Shown: piece by piece, positions 1 to 8,978 of the stretch | How the letters are laid out: the number at the start of each line of letters is the position of its first letter | Position numbering within the stretch: the stretch's first letter is position 1 | Assembly: GCA_039793395.1 (NCBI GenBank) | Contig: JBAMLV010000008.1 | Coordinates: 10,196-74,195, forward strand | Source of the DNA: a bacterium | Lineage (GTDB): Bacteria > Hydrothermota > Tepidihabitantia > Tepidihabitantales > Tepidihabitantaceae | Direction: 5' to 3' | DNA: 64,000 nucleotides | The notes under the pieces: model-generated | What the model was told of the DNA's origin: nothing | Database searches by the model: none | What the model saw: only the letters and a program-made list of their open reading frames with translations | Translations under genes and position numbers: made by a program

Positions 1-282
1 CTGCATCCCCACCTCCACCGGCACTGCGCTCCGGTAACTGTCACCAGCCACATATTCAAAATCAACCTCCTGTCCTGGACCGGCAATCCAAATTGCCACA
101 CCCGGGAAAACCGGCTGATAAGCTTCCTCAAGTTTATACGAGCGGTTCACCCTTGCCCGCACCCGCCCTTCACCCGCATGCAAAAGACAGTGCACCACCA
201 GTTGCGGTGTAAACGGCTGCTCCGGTGTCAGTTCACAGCCGGCAAAGAGCAAAACCAGCCCGAGCACCACCTGCCTTTTCAT
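1..282 (-). CDS. Lipoprotein, 3'-partial (runs off window start); ATG overlaps the stop of the upstream receptor gene (TGATG)
   Basis: Minus-strand translation from ATG at 282: MKRQVVLGLVLLFAGCELTPEQ... has a lipobox (LFAGC). No stop before position 1. Not in the ORF track because it is incomplete. Confidence 0.5.
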   Translation of the reverse strand, partial: MKRQVVLGLVLLFAGCELTPEQPFTPQLVVHCLLHAGEGRVRARVNRSYKLEEAYQPVFPGVAIWIAGPGQEVDFEYVAGDSYRSAVPVEVGMQ

Positions 283-2510
283 CAGAACCTCACCCTGATC
301 CCCAGTGTCGGCAGAATCGGCAGCATATTCACCTGATGCCGTTTAACCCGACCATCCGATTCAACATCCCAGTAATACAAAAGCACATTCCGCGCATTAT
401 CCACATTAATCACATCCAGAAAAACCCCGACCTCAAACCTGCCAACACTCCCGCTCCTGCTCAAACCCATATCCAGCCGGTGATAAACTGGATACCGGAA
501 TGCGTCCCGGTCACCATAAACAAACTCCACCCCCTCTTCACTTTTACCCCCGGGCCCTTCCACAATCCGGTGATAATAGCCGGCAATACCGGTATAGGGC
601 AGACCGGTTCCCAGGGTAAAGCGGGCATTAAGGTCAAAACCTAAAAGCAACTGCGGCAGGTTCACCACCAGATTGATGTTATGCCGCCGGTCATAATGCG
701 GATGATAGCGCTCTCCGCCCGCGCTCCGCTCAGTCCACATATACGAATAAGCCAGCCAGCCGTTCAGCCTGCCACTGCTTTTGCGCACCAGCAACTCCAG
801 CCCGCCGGAAAAACCACTCGCTGCCAGCAGCGAATCGGGCGGAGTGAAAAGTTCACCATAGCGGGTCTCAAGCAGATGCTGGTAATCCTTGTAATACCCA
901 TCCACCTGCACTGTCAGGTTATCATTAAACCAGTGCTCAACACCGGTGATATAATGCCAGGAACCGGGAATCGGCTGGACCGCACTCACCGGCACCCAGA
1001 CATCATAAATTGAGAAAATCGCCTCGGTGGAGTTCAGGGTCACCAGCGGCTGAGTAAATCTGCCCACTGCCAGATTGAAACCGGTATTCTGCGTCATCAG
1101 CCACTTGACACCCAGCCGCGGTTCCGGCTCCAGCCGGTTACCACTGGAATACCACGCCAGCCGCAACCCGGGACGGAGAAACAGCCGTCTGCCAATCACC
1201 TCCCACTTATCATCAAAATATACCGCCAGCGGGAAAAGTGTCTCCCCCCGCTCAAACTGCGGCCGGTCAAACTCCACCTTCAACCCCATCTCATCTTTCT
1301 CCAGGTCCAGCCCGAACCCGACCGTATGCCGGTCATGCGGATACCAGGTGAAATCACCTTTCAAATTCAGAGCGGTCAGACCGGTGCTCATTTTAATATC
1401 ATCACTTCCTTCCAGCTTCACCACAAAATCGGAGAAAAAGTTGCTCCAGACAGCAAGCACATCCCCGTAAAACACCGGATGATAAATACTGTTCAGCCGC
1501 ACCGCCGCGCCCCGGTTGCCCCAGGAAAGCCTGGTTCGGAACGCGCCCGGGTTTCCCGGGTCCCAGAAGGAAAGCACATCCTCAGCACCCAGACCGGAAA
1601 GGCTCAACCGATGCGACTCATTAAAATGATAATTCACCTTGCCCATCAGGTCATAAAAGTAATAGTTCAGCCCTGGCACTCCGAAAAGCCGGAGCACCAC
1701 ATCCGGTAGATAGGTGCGTCTTCCGGCAACCAGAAATGAGCCGCTCGGAACTGGCCCTTCCGCAAGCGCCTTTGCCGCAATCATTGAAACCGACCCTTCA
1801 CCAGCATAACGCCGGGAGTTTCCCTCCCGGGTGTTCACCGCCAGCACCGAACTCAACCGGGAACCGAACTGTGCTGGAAAACCGCCGGCAAAGAGCGTGA
1901 CATCGCTCACCGCCTCAGAAATAAACGGAGAAAAAATCCCGAATAGATGCGAAGGGTTGTAAACCTTGATACCGTCCAGCAAAATCAGATTCTGGTCCGG
2001 TGAACCCCCGCGGATATAAAGTTTATTGGAAAAATCGGAAACGGTAATCACCCCGGGCAAAAGCTGCACCACCCGGATGATGTCCGCCTCACCGCCCAGT
2101 TTCGGCACCTGCACCAGTTGCCTGGTCTCCAGCCGCTGGACCGAAACCTGGACATCGCGCTCAAACCGCGCCCGTTCCGCGGTCACCTGCACCTCACCCA
2201 CCGCCACCGGCTCCGGGCTCAACTCCACATTCACCGTTATCAGGCTGTCCTCCCGAACCCTGATCTGACGGCGGAAAGAACCGAACCCGATATACGAAAC
2301 CACCAGCTGATATTCACCCGCTGGCACCCCGCCGATATAAAAATAGCCCTGGCTATTAGTTCCTGTTCCCAGCCCGGTGCCCTTCAACTCCACATTGGCA
2401 TAAGCCAGCGCCTCACCACTGCTTTTGTCCCGGACAAACCCGTTAACCGCGCCGGTCCGGGCAGAAACCGAGCCCGTTAGCAGAAGCAGAACCAGCCCGC
2501 AAAAACGCAC
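282..2510 (-). CDS. TonB-dependent receptor-like outer-membrane protein with N-terminal carboxypeptidase-regulatory-like domain
   Basis: Signal peptide MRFCGLVLLLLTGSVSA. CarbopepD_reg-like segment (GFVRDKSSGEALAYANVELKGTGLGTGTNSQGYFYIGGVPAGEYQLVVSYIGF) followed by a plug/beta-barrel-like region. 742 aa. Confidence 0.7.
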   Translation of the reverse strand: MRFCGLVLLLLTGSVSARTGAVNGFVRDKSSGEALAYANVELKGTGLGTGTNSQGYFYIGGVPAGEYQLVVSYIGFGSFRRQIRVREDSLITVNVELSPEPVAVGEVQVTAERARFERDVQVSVQRLETRQLVQVPKLGGEADIIRVVQLLPGVITVSDFSNKLYIRGGSPDQNLILLDGIKVYNPSHLFGIFSPFISEAVSDVTLFAGGFPAQFGSRLSSVLAVNTREGNSRRYAGEGSVSMIAAKALAEGPVPSGSFLVAGRRTYLPDVVLRLFGVPGLNYYFYDLMGKVNYHFNESHRLSLSGLGAEDVLSFWDPGNPGAFRTRLSWGNRGAAVRLNSIYHPVFYGDVLAVWSNFFSDFVVKLEGSDDIKMSTGLTALNLKGDFTWYPHDRHTVGFGLDLEKDEMGLKVEFDRPQFERGETLFPLAVYFDDKWEVIGRRLFLRPGLRLAWYSSGNRLEPEPRLGVKWLMTQNTGFNLAVGRFTQPLVTLNSTEAIFSIYDVWVPVSAVQPIPGSWHYITGVEHWFNDNLTVQVDGYYKDYQHLLETRYGELFTPPDSLLAASGFSGGLELLVRKSSGRLNGWLAYSYMWTERSAGGERYHPHYDRRHNINLVVNLPQLLLGFDLNARFTLGTGLPYTGIAGYYHRIVEGPGGKSEEGVEFVYGDRDAFRYPVYHRLDMGLSRSGSVGRFEVGVFLDVINVDNARNVLLYYWDVESDGRVKRHQVNMLPILPTLGIRVRF

Positions 2511-2512
2511 CG

Positions 2513-3091
2513 TCAGCCAGAAATCTGCCGGCGCAACTCCCTGCCAAACCGCCGGGCATCCTCGGCAATCCGCACCTGACGCCGGAGCACCCGCGACTCC
2601 GGACAGTTGGCAACCACCAGCTGGCCCAGATAGTTCACCTTCCCGAACTCTGCCAGCCTTCTGAACATCGCCACCGCCAGGTCCGCGCCGTCATAATGGT
2701 CACCACCCGCGGTCAGCACCACCGCCCAGTTTGAACCCTTTAGCAAATTCTCACCATTCAGCAACGCAAAACACCGGTCAACCACCGCCTTCAACTGACT
2801 GCTCACACCCCAGCAGAAAACCGGACTTGTCCAGATGGTCAGGTCACAATCCACCAGCAGGTCGTAAATTTCCAGCATATCATCATCCTGCTGACAGCCG
2901 GCAGTGCGCCGCTGCTCCACACAGCCAAAACACTCCTGACAGCCAAGGATATTCAACTCACACACCCGCACCCGTTTCACCTCCATCCCTTTACTCCCAA
3001 GCCCTTCCAGCACCCAGTCGGTGACCAGCGCGGTATTTCCCCGGCGCGGGCTCCCCTCCAGGACCAGAACTTTCTTCGCCTGCATTTTCAC
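2513..3091 (-). CDS. Iron-sulfur flavoprotein / NADPH-dependent FMN reductase family (flavodoxin-like)
   Basis: N-terminus KVLVLEGSPRRGNT plus a compact Cys cluster (CQECFGCVEQRRTAGC) typical of Isf-type flavoproteins. Lies 2 nt upstream of the receptor gene. Confidence 0.6.
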   Translation of the reverse strand: MKMQAKKVLVLEGSPRRGNTALVTDWVLEGLGSKGMEVKRVRVCELNILGCQECFGCVEQRRTAGCQQDDDMLEIYDLLVDCDLTIWTSPVFCWGVSSQLKAVVDRCFALLNGENLLKGSNWAVVLTAGGDHYDGADLAVAMFRRLAEFGKVNYLGQLVVANCPESRVLRRQVRIAEDARRFGRELRRQISG

Positions 3092-3120
3092 CTTCAGTAA
3101 TAACTAATTTCCCATTTAAA

Positions 3121-3687
3121 CTACTTCGGTGGAGTATTAAAAAAGGCGATCTCTGCCAGCGGCTTGCGCCGCAACTCCCGCTTTTGCTCCCCGGCAGGAT
3201 AACCGACAGCAATAAGCGCCACCGCCCGGAACCCCCGTCCCAGTTTCAAATGCCGCACCAGCGCCCGGGAATCAAACCAGCCAATCCAGCAGGTTCCCAA
3301 CCCCTGCTCCGCACACGCAAGCACAAAATGCTCACCCGCAATCCCGGCATCAATCAACTGAAACTGATTTCCCGCCACACCACCCCCCAGCCGATTAATC
3401 AACAGATTCTCCTTAATCAGCAGCGCCACCAGCACCGGCGCCCGGGCAAAATGCCTGGAAACAGCAAACACCCCCTGAAAAACCGCATCGGCAAGCGCCT
3501 GCTTCAATTCCGGCTCATCAAAAACCACAAACCGCCACGGTTGACCATTATCCGCTGAAGGTGCCAGCCGTGCCGCCTCCAGCGCCAGCATCAACTTCTC
3601 CCGTTCCACCGGTTGCTCGCTGAACCGCCGCACCGACCGTCGTTCCCGGCACAACTTTAGAAAATTAGACTCATCCATACTTTCCAA
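3121..3687 (-). CDS. Nitroreductase family protein
   Basis: RRSVRRFSEQPVEREKLMLALEAARLAPSADNGQPWRFVVF is the classic nitroreductase N-terminal signature. 188 aa. Confidence 0.8.
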   Translation of the reverse strand: MESMDESNFLKLCRERRSVRRFSEQPVEREKLMLALEAARLAPSADNGQPWRFVVFDEPELKQALADAVFQGVFAVSRHFARAPVLVALLIKENLLINRLGGGVAGNQFQLIDAGIAGEHFVLACAEQGLGTCWIGWFDSRALVRHLKLGRGFRAVALIAVGYPAGEQKRELRRKPLAEIAFFNTPPK

Positions 3688-4006
3688 AGTTAACCCAAAT
3701 CGCAGCCAAAATCAAGAAATAAATCCTCGCCACCACCCATGCCATCACCATCCCCCCGTCCCTGACCATTTTCCCGGCAACAACCATCATCTTCGCCCTC
3801 ACCATCCGCACCCGGACCACCCAAAAAACCATTATCCCCGCCATCGCCTTCAGCCAACCAGAAACCATCGTTCCAGCCCCGGATACCACCCTGCCAGCCG
3901 CCCCTATCCTGACCATCCCCCATACCGTCCCCCCCACCGTACCCTCACCAGCCCTCAAAACGGTGATTTTTATTATAACCTGCTGTTAAATAATAAGTTA
4001 CCCGGC

Positions 4007-4717
4007 TTACTCCAGCACGGTCATCTTAAGCTTTCGGGTGAACCCCTTATCAGCCCGGAACTGCAAAAAATAGCATCCCGCAGATAGCCCCTTAACCGAA
4101 ATGGTTTGCTCGCTCACACCCTGCTCCACCCGGTATTCCTTTAAACCCCGGGTTAAACCTTAATAACGCATCACCTTTGACCGGATTCTGGACTAACCGC
4201 ATCCTGGAATAATCCCGGAACCACCATAATACTCATAAACCTGCAATCCAGCACCATAATCAGCAACACAGGCATAAGAACCGGCAACATAAACACCAGA
4301 GGTACAACCCGGAGTAAAGTAATAGCCCAGTTTAGCAGGGTTATCTGGATGAGCAACATCCCAGATTTCTAACCCACCCTGTTCAGCAGCAATATAAAGC
4401 CGGCGGTTTGCTGGTTCATAAAAAAGACCATAAACAACACCCCGGGTATGGATTTTCTCCGAGACCTTGGTCGGATTTGCCGGGTTTGAAACATCAAGGA
4501 TATACACACCACCACCAGAACCACAGAAAACCAGGCTGCGCTGGTGGTCTGAGGCTACCGCATCAGCAGGACCAAAGGGCCAGTTGCCAATAAACCGGAC
4601 ATTTGAAGAATCAAATCCCGCTAAACACCTGTCCCCTCCTCTTAACCGCCCGGAACCAGCAAAGGATACTCATAATAACAGCACCAGAAGCATCAGCAGT
4701 AGATTTTTGGAGTTCAT
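4007..4717 (-). pseudogene. Degraded T9SS cargo gene: signal peptide, LVIVD beta-propeller repeats and T9SS C-terminal sorting domain in one frame, interrupted by in-frame TGA (4670-4672), TAG (4193-4195) and TAA (4160-4162)
   Basis: Signal peptide MNSKNLLLMLLVLLL, then TGA, then VSFAGSG...GGGVYILDVSNPANPTKV...YVAGSYACVADYGAGLQVYEY (LVIVD-like). After TAG and TAA comes GLTRGLKEYRVEQGVSEQTISVKGLSAGCYFLQFRADKGFTRKLKMTVLE, a Por/T9SS CTD. All segments share one reading frame. Confidence 0.55.
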
Positions 4718-5638
4718 ATTACAGTTTTCACTTTCGGGCGCTTTGTCCTGGGGTTCAATGTGAACCACAATCCCGCCGACATCCGGATTCACCCGTCGTA
4801 TCTCCTGTTCCACCCGGCTGGCAATTTCATGACCCTCCTGAACCGAGATTGCCGGGTCAACCTCAATGTGAACATCCATTTCAATCCGGTTGCCGGAACC
4901 GGAATGACGGGCACGGAACGAATGAAAACTTTTGACTCCGGGAATCCGGCTGATTACCGTCTTTAACTGTTTTTGAGCATCCGGTCCTGGTGCCCGGTCA
5001 CAGAGGCGCTGCCAGGCGTCCCGGACAATCTGCCCACCGATGTAAACCAGAAATGCAGCCAGCAGGACCGCGGTCAAATGGTCAAGAAACGACCAGCGCT
5101 CACCACCGATGAGGGCGCCGGCAATTCCCACCGCCGCAGCAATTGAAGAAAAGGCATCCGAGCGATGGTGCCAGGCATTGGCGATGATTGCCGGGTTGTT
5201 GTACTTTCTCCCGACCGCCCGGGTCCACCAGTAGAGCAACTCCTTGAGCACGATTGAACTGACCGCCATATAGAATGGAAACCAGTTGCGCACGCCGCCG
5301 TGAGGCTGGCTGATGGTGATAATTGCCTCACCGGCAATCAGCAGGGCAGCCCCGATGAGCAGGATTCCCACCAGCAGGGCAACAATCGCTTCATACCGGA
5401 AATGGCCATAGTGATGGTCTTCATCCGGCGGCTCCTTGGCGGCACGGACTCCCCAGAGAACCATAATGTCACTTGCCAGGTCCGAAAGGCTATGCAGCCC
5501 GTCGGCGATGATTGCGCTTGACCTGCCAAGTAGACCCGATGCCAGTTTACCACCGACCAGCAGGATATTGATAAGCATCCCGGCGACCGTTACCCGGCGC
5601 TCAAGAGTAATTTGGCGGTGCTGGCTGTTCACACTCAA
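4670..5638 (-). CDS. Cation diffusion facilitator (CDF) family transporter
   Basis: Six TM segments, HHYGHFRYEAIVALLVGILLIG and a cytoplasmic C-terminal domain (HIEVDPAISVQEGHEIASRVEQ). The last ~15 codons (MNSKNLLLMLLVLLL) are the signal peptide of the downstream pseudogene read in the same frame, so the true C-terminus is uncertain. Confidence 0.85.
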   Translation of the reverse strand: MSVNSQHRQITLERRVTVAGMLINILLVGGKLASGLLGRSSAIIADGLHSLSDLASDIMVLWGVRAAKEPPDEDHHYGHFRYEAIVALLVGILLIGAALLIAGEAIITISQPHGGVRNWFPFYMAVSSIVLKELLYWWTRAVGRKYNNPAIIANAWHHRSDAFSSIAAAVGIAGALIGGERWSFLDHLTAVLLAAFLVYIGGQIVRDAWQRLCDRAPGPDAQKQLKTVISRIPGVKSFHSFRARHSGSGNRIEMDVHIEVDPAISVQEGHEIASRVEQEIRRVNPDVGGIVVHIEPQDKAPESENCNMNSKNLLLMLLVLLL

Positions 5639-5710
5639 TTTTAACTCTGGTAATGCCTGGTGGCAACATTGACCAGTGGTTGCGGTGTCGGCATTGAGGT
5701 GCTGATTGGC

Positions 5711-5744
5711 TTGCGGTTCGGTGTTGCGACAGTATTATTAATTG
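5711..5744 (+). promoter_or_regulatory. Sigma-70-like promoter, TTGCGG -16- TATTAT, with the -10 ending 6 nt before the ATG at 5745 (leaderless)
   Basis: ttgcgg (5711-5716), 16-nt spacer, tattat (5733-5738), taattg, ATG at 5745. Confidence 0.5.
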
Positions 5745-8700
5745 ATGATGGAGAATAACAACCGGGAACTGAGCCGGCGGATTGCTCGGGTCCGCATCCG
5801 GCTGCTTGCCAGCACCACCGCGGCACTGCTGCTGGTCGCACTGGGCAGTGCCTGTCTGCTCCTGGTGGCGGTCAGCCTGTTTTTCCTTTCCGGCTGGGTC
5901 CTGAGTGCGGTCCTGGTGGTGGTCCTCATCCTTGCCCGGTTCTGGCTGCGTGGCACCAATACTCGCACCCTCGGTTACCGGATTGAGCAGCGGTTTCCGG
6001 AACTGAAAGGCAGGCTGGTCTCAGCCCTGGAACTGCTGGCTTATCAGCCCGGGGTTGAAGGTTATTCGCTGGAACTGCGCAACGCCGCGGTTGCTCAGGT
6101 AACCGCCCTTGCCGCACCGCTCAATTTTAATGCGGTCATTCCGCTCAGACGGGTGTGGTGGTCAGCCGCTTTTGCCCTGTTAAGCATCGCACTGCTGGGT
6201 TGCTTTTTCGGACTGAAACCGGACCGGGCAGTGCTGGGTTTAATCAACGGGTTTAGCCCGGAAAAGGTCAATATCCGGTTTTCGGTTGCACCTGGTGATA
6301 CCAGTGTGCTTGCCGGTGAAACAGTTACCGTCAGCTGTGCCGTTGCTCCGGCAGGTGTTTTCCGCTCAGTAATTCTGGAACTGGCACCGGAACACCCCGG
6401 ACCGCATGAAATTCGGCGCCTGAAATTAGTTCAGGACCGCGCCCTGCTCCCGCTCCTGATTGAAACCAGTTTGAGTTACCGGTTCCGGCTACTGGGCAGA
6501 AGTTCAGACTGGTTTTCAATCCGCTTGCCCGCACCATTGACCTTGACCAGCATCATCTTTACCGCCTATCCACCCGCCTATACCGGACTCAAACCGGCAC
6601 CGCTGACCGGTAATGCCCTGACCCTGCTCCGGGGCACCCGGGTTGAAATTACCGCGCAGGCAAACGCACCGTTGAATCAGGGGCAAGTGGTTGTTGGCAC
6701 CGAGACCGTAGCGGTGGAAATTGACCCCGCTCAGCCGCAAAAATTCCGCGCCCGTTTTCAGGTGCAGCGCGACGCCGAAGGAATAGTCGCACTTGCCCGC
6801 GGGAGAGACCGGCTCCTGCCCGTTTACCGGTTTCAGTTGCGTGCCCGGAGTGATGAACCGCCACTGGTTCAGTTGTTTCTCCCGGGCCGGGACATTGACC
6901 TGCCCCTGAATATGCAGGTGCCGCTGGGCATCAACTCCATTGACGACTTCGGTCTGTCCGCGGTCTGGCTTCATTACGGCCGGGACAGTTTTGACCGGGC
7001 GGTGATTATCCGGCGCCTGAACGGCGCGCATGAAGACACCACCTTTTACCTCTGGGACCTTACCGGTATCGGTTTAGTTCCCGGTGACCAACTGCGCTAC
7101 TATGTGCGGGCAGTGGATAATGATGCGGTCTCCGGTCCGAAAAGCAGCCGGAGCGAAATCTACACCATCCGATTTCCGACGATGACCGAAATCTATGAGC
7201 AGGCGGTTCAGCAGACCACCACCACCCTTGACCAGCTCCAGCCGCTCCAGTCAGAACAGGCAAAACTGGGAACCGAACTTTCCCGCATCGCCGAGGAACT
7301 GAAGAAACGACGCGAACTTTCCTGGGAGGAACAGAAACGGCTGGAAATGATTGCCAGCAACCAGCAGAACCTGCTCCAGCAGATTCAGGAACTCCAGGCA
7401 CAGGTCGCCCGCACCAGCAGTGAACTGCTTGCCGGGATGAACTGGGACCAAAAGACGCTTGAACGGCTGAACCAACTCCAGGAACTGCTTTCCCGGCTAC
7501 TGCCGGAAAACCTGCAGCAGGCGCTTAAGGAACTCAGCCAGAAACTTTCCGCGGGCAAAAATTTCCAGCCGGTGCTGGAACGGCTCCAGGCGGAACAGGA
7601 GCGGCTGAAAAAGGGCATTGAGCAGGCGCTGGAACTGCTCAACCGGATTAAGGAGGAGGTCCAGCTTGAAGCCCTGCAGCGCCAGGCTGAGGAACTTGCC
7701 CGCCAGCAGCAGGAACTGACCCGGCACCTGGACCGGCAACCACCAACCCAGCTTGCCCCGCGGCAGCAGGAAATTAACGCCGGGATTGACAGCCTGCAGC
7801 AGGGGCTCAAGGAACTGAGCCAGAACTTTTCCGAACCGGCAGTCGCCGATTCCCTGGCTGAACTCGCCTCCCGGCTTAACCACGAACCGTTAACCGAACT
7901 TGCCCACAACCTCGCGGAGCAACTGCGCGCCGGCAACCGCACCGCTGCCCGTGCCGGCAGCGAAAAACTGACACAATCGCTGCGCCAGTTAGCCGAGCAA
8001 CTTGACCGCCTGGGCACCAATTTGAAACAGTCCCGGTCCCGGGAAATTGTCCGCCAGCTTTTTACCGGCGCCGCCGGTCTGTTGACCATTTCCGAACAGC
8101 AGGAACAACTGGAAGCGGAACTGCGCGCCGGCGCTACCCTCGGGTCCATCAGCGCCCGTCAGCAGTCCCTGCTTGAAGCCACCAAACTGGTCGCGGAAAG
8201 CCTTGCCGGCTTGGGCGCACGCACCCTCGCGGTGCCGCCTGCCCTTGACCAGGAACTTGCCCGGGCAATGAATCTGATGCGCACCGCCAGTGAACAGGCT
8301 GCCACCGGCAGTGGTTATGCTCTTCTGGGCTATCTGCGTCAGGCACGGCAGAGTCTGAACCAGGCGGTGGCACTGCTGCTTGAAGCCGGCACCAGGGCTC
8401 AACCGGGAAGCGGACTTGCCGGTGGATTGCAGGACCTGCTGGAACAGCTTTCCCGGATGACCTCTGAACAGCTGGCAATTAACGCCGGGATGTCCGGGCT
8501 GCCGATTCCAATCCCCGCTTCGGGGCTGAGCGCTCAGCAGCTGGAGCAACTCAATCGCCTGTTAGCACAGCAGCAGGCACTGCGCCAACAGTTAGAAGAA
8601 CTCTTGCGCTCAATGGGCGGTGAACGCCCGGGACTGACCGGTGCGCTGGAAGCGCTAATTGAGGAGATGAAGGCGGTTGAACGGTCGCTGGCTGAACTTC

Positions 8701-8978
8701 AGGTTGACCGGAAACTGATTGAACGCCAGCAGGGAATCGTCACCCGACTGCTTGATACTCAGCGCAGTCTGCGCCAGCAGGGTTTCAAAGAGCAACGGCA
8801 GGCGCAGACCGCTCAGCCCTATCAGCCCCAGCCGCCTTCTGCCCTGCCGCTGGACCGCGGAGAACGCAACCGTTTGCTCCGTGCCGAACTGCTGCGCGCA
8901 CTCAAACAGGGCTATCCGGCTGAATATGAAGCACTCATCCGTGCCTATTTTGAAATGCTCCTCCAGAGGGAACAATGA
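5745..8978 (+). CDS. Large membrane-anchored coiled-coil protein (possibly DUF4175-like), about 1,077 aa
   Basis: N-terminal TM helices, an Ig/FN3-like segment (YYVRAVDNDAVSGPKSSRSEIYTIRF), then about 550 aa of Q/L/E/A/R-rich heptad repeats. The track start at 5742 is TTG; ATG at 5745/5748 is more likely. The stop overlaps the next start (ATGA at 8975). Confidence 0.5.
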   Translation: MMENNNRELSRRIARVRIRLLASTTAALLLVALGSACLLLVAVSLFFLSGWVLSAVLVVVLILARFWLRGTNTRTLGYRIEQRFPELKGRLVSALELLAYQPGVEGYSLELRNAAVAQVTALAAPLNFNAVIPLRRVWWSAAFALLSIALLGCFFGLKPDRAVLGLINGFSPEKVNIRFSVAPGDTSVLAGETVTVSCAVAPAGVFRSVILELAPEHPGPHEIRRLKLVQDRALLPLLIETSLSYRFRLLGRSSDWFSIRLPAPLTLTSIIFTAYPPAYTGLKPAPLTGNALTLLRGTRVEITAQANAPLNQGQVVVGTETVAVEIDPAQPQKFRARFQVQRDAEGIVALARGRDRLLPVYRFQLRARSDEPPLVQLFLPGRDIDLPLNMQVPLGINSIDDFGLSAVWLHYGRDSFDRAVIIRRLNGAHEDTTFYLWDLTGIGLVPGDQLRYYVRAVDNDAVSGPKSSRSEIYTIRFPTMTEIYEQAVQQTTTTLDQLQPLQSEQAKLGTELSRIAEELKKRRELSWEEQKRLEMIASNQQNLLQQIQELQAQVARTSSELLAGMNWDQKTLERLNQLQELLSRLLPENLQQALKELSQKLSAGKNFQPVLERLQAEQERLKKGIEQALELLNRIKEEVQLEALQRQAEELARQQQELTRHLDRQPPTQLAPRQQEINAGIDSLQQGLKELSQNFSEPAVADSLAELASRLNHEPLTELAHNLAEQLRAGNRTAARAGSEKLTQSLRQLAEQLDRLGTNLKQSRSREIVRQLFTGAAGLLTISEQQEQLEAELRAGATLGSISARQQSLLEATKLVAESLAGLGARTLAVPPALDQELARAMNLMRTASEQAATGSGYALLGYLRQARQSLNQAVALLLEAGTRAQPGSGLAGGLQDLLEQLSRMTSEQLAINAGMSGLPIPIPASGLSAQQLEQLNRLLAQQQALRQQLEELLRSMGGERPGLTGALEALIEEMKAVERSLAELQVDRKLIERQQGIVTRLLDTQRSLRQQGFKEQRQAQTAQPYQPQPPSALPLDRGERNRLLRAELLRALKQGYPAEYEALIRAYFEMLLQREQ

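Noticed and set aside
225-644. 139-aa plus-strand ORF.
   Set aside because: Low-complexity Pro/His-rich translation lying antisense to the well-supported TonB-dependent receptor gene.
3671-3958. Low-complexity ORFs 3671..3958 and 3690..3923 (Gly/Asp/Met/Val-rich).
   Set aside because: They lie in the C-rich simple-sequence tract and have no Shine-Dalgarno or recognisable fold. Noted only as a possible small acidic protein (see finding on 3688-3965).
7385-8149. 254-aa Ser/Cys/Arg-rich minus-strand ORF, and others at 7497..7883 and 7989..8549.
   Set aside because: Antisense to the coiled-coil gene. The composition mirrors the repetitive sense codons.
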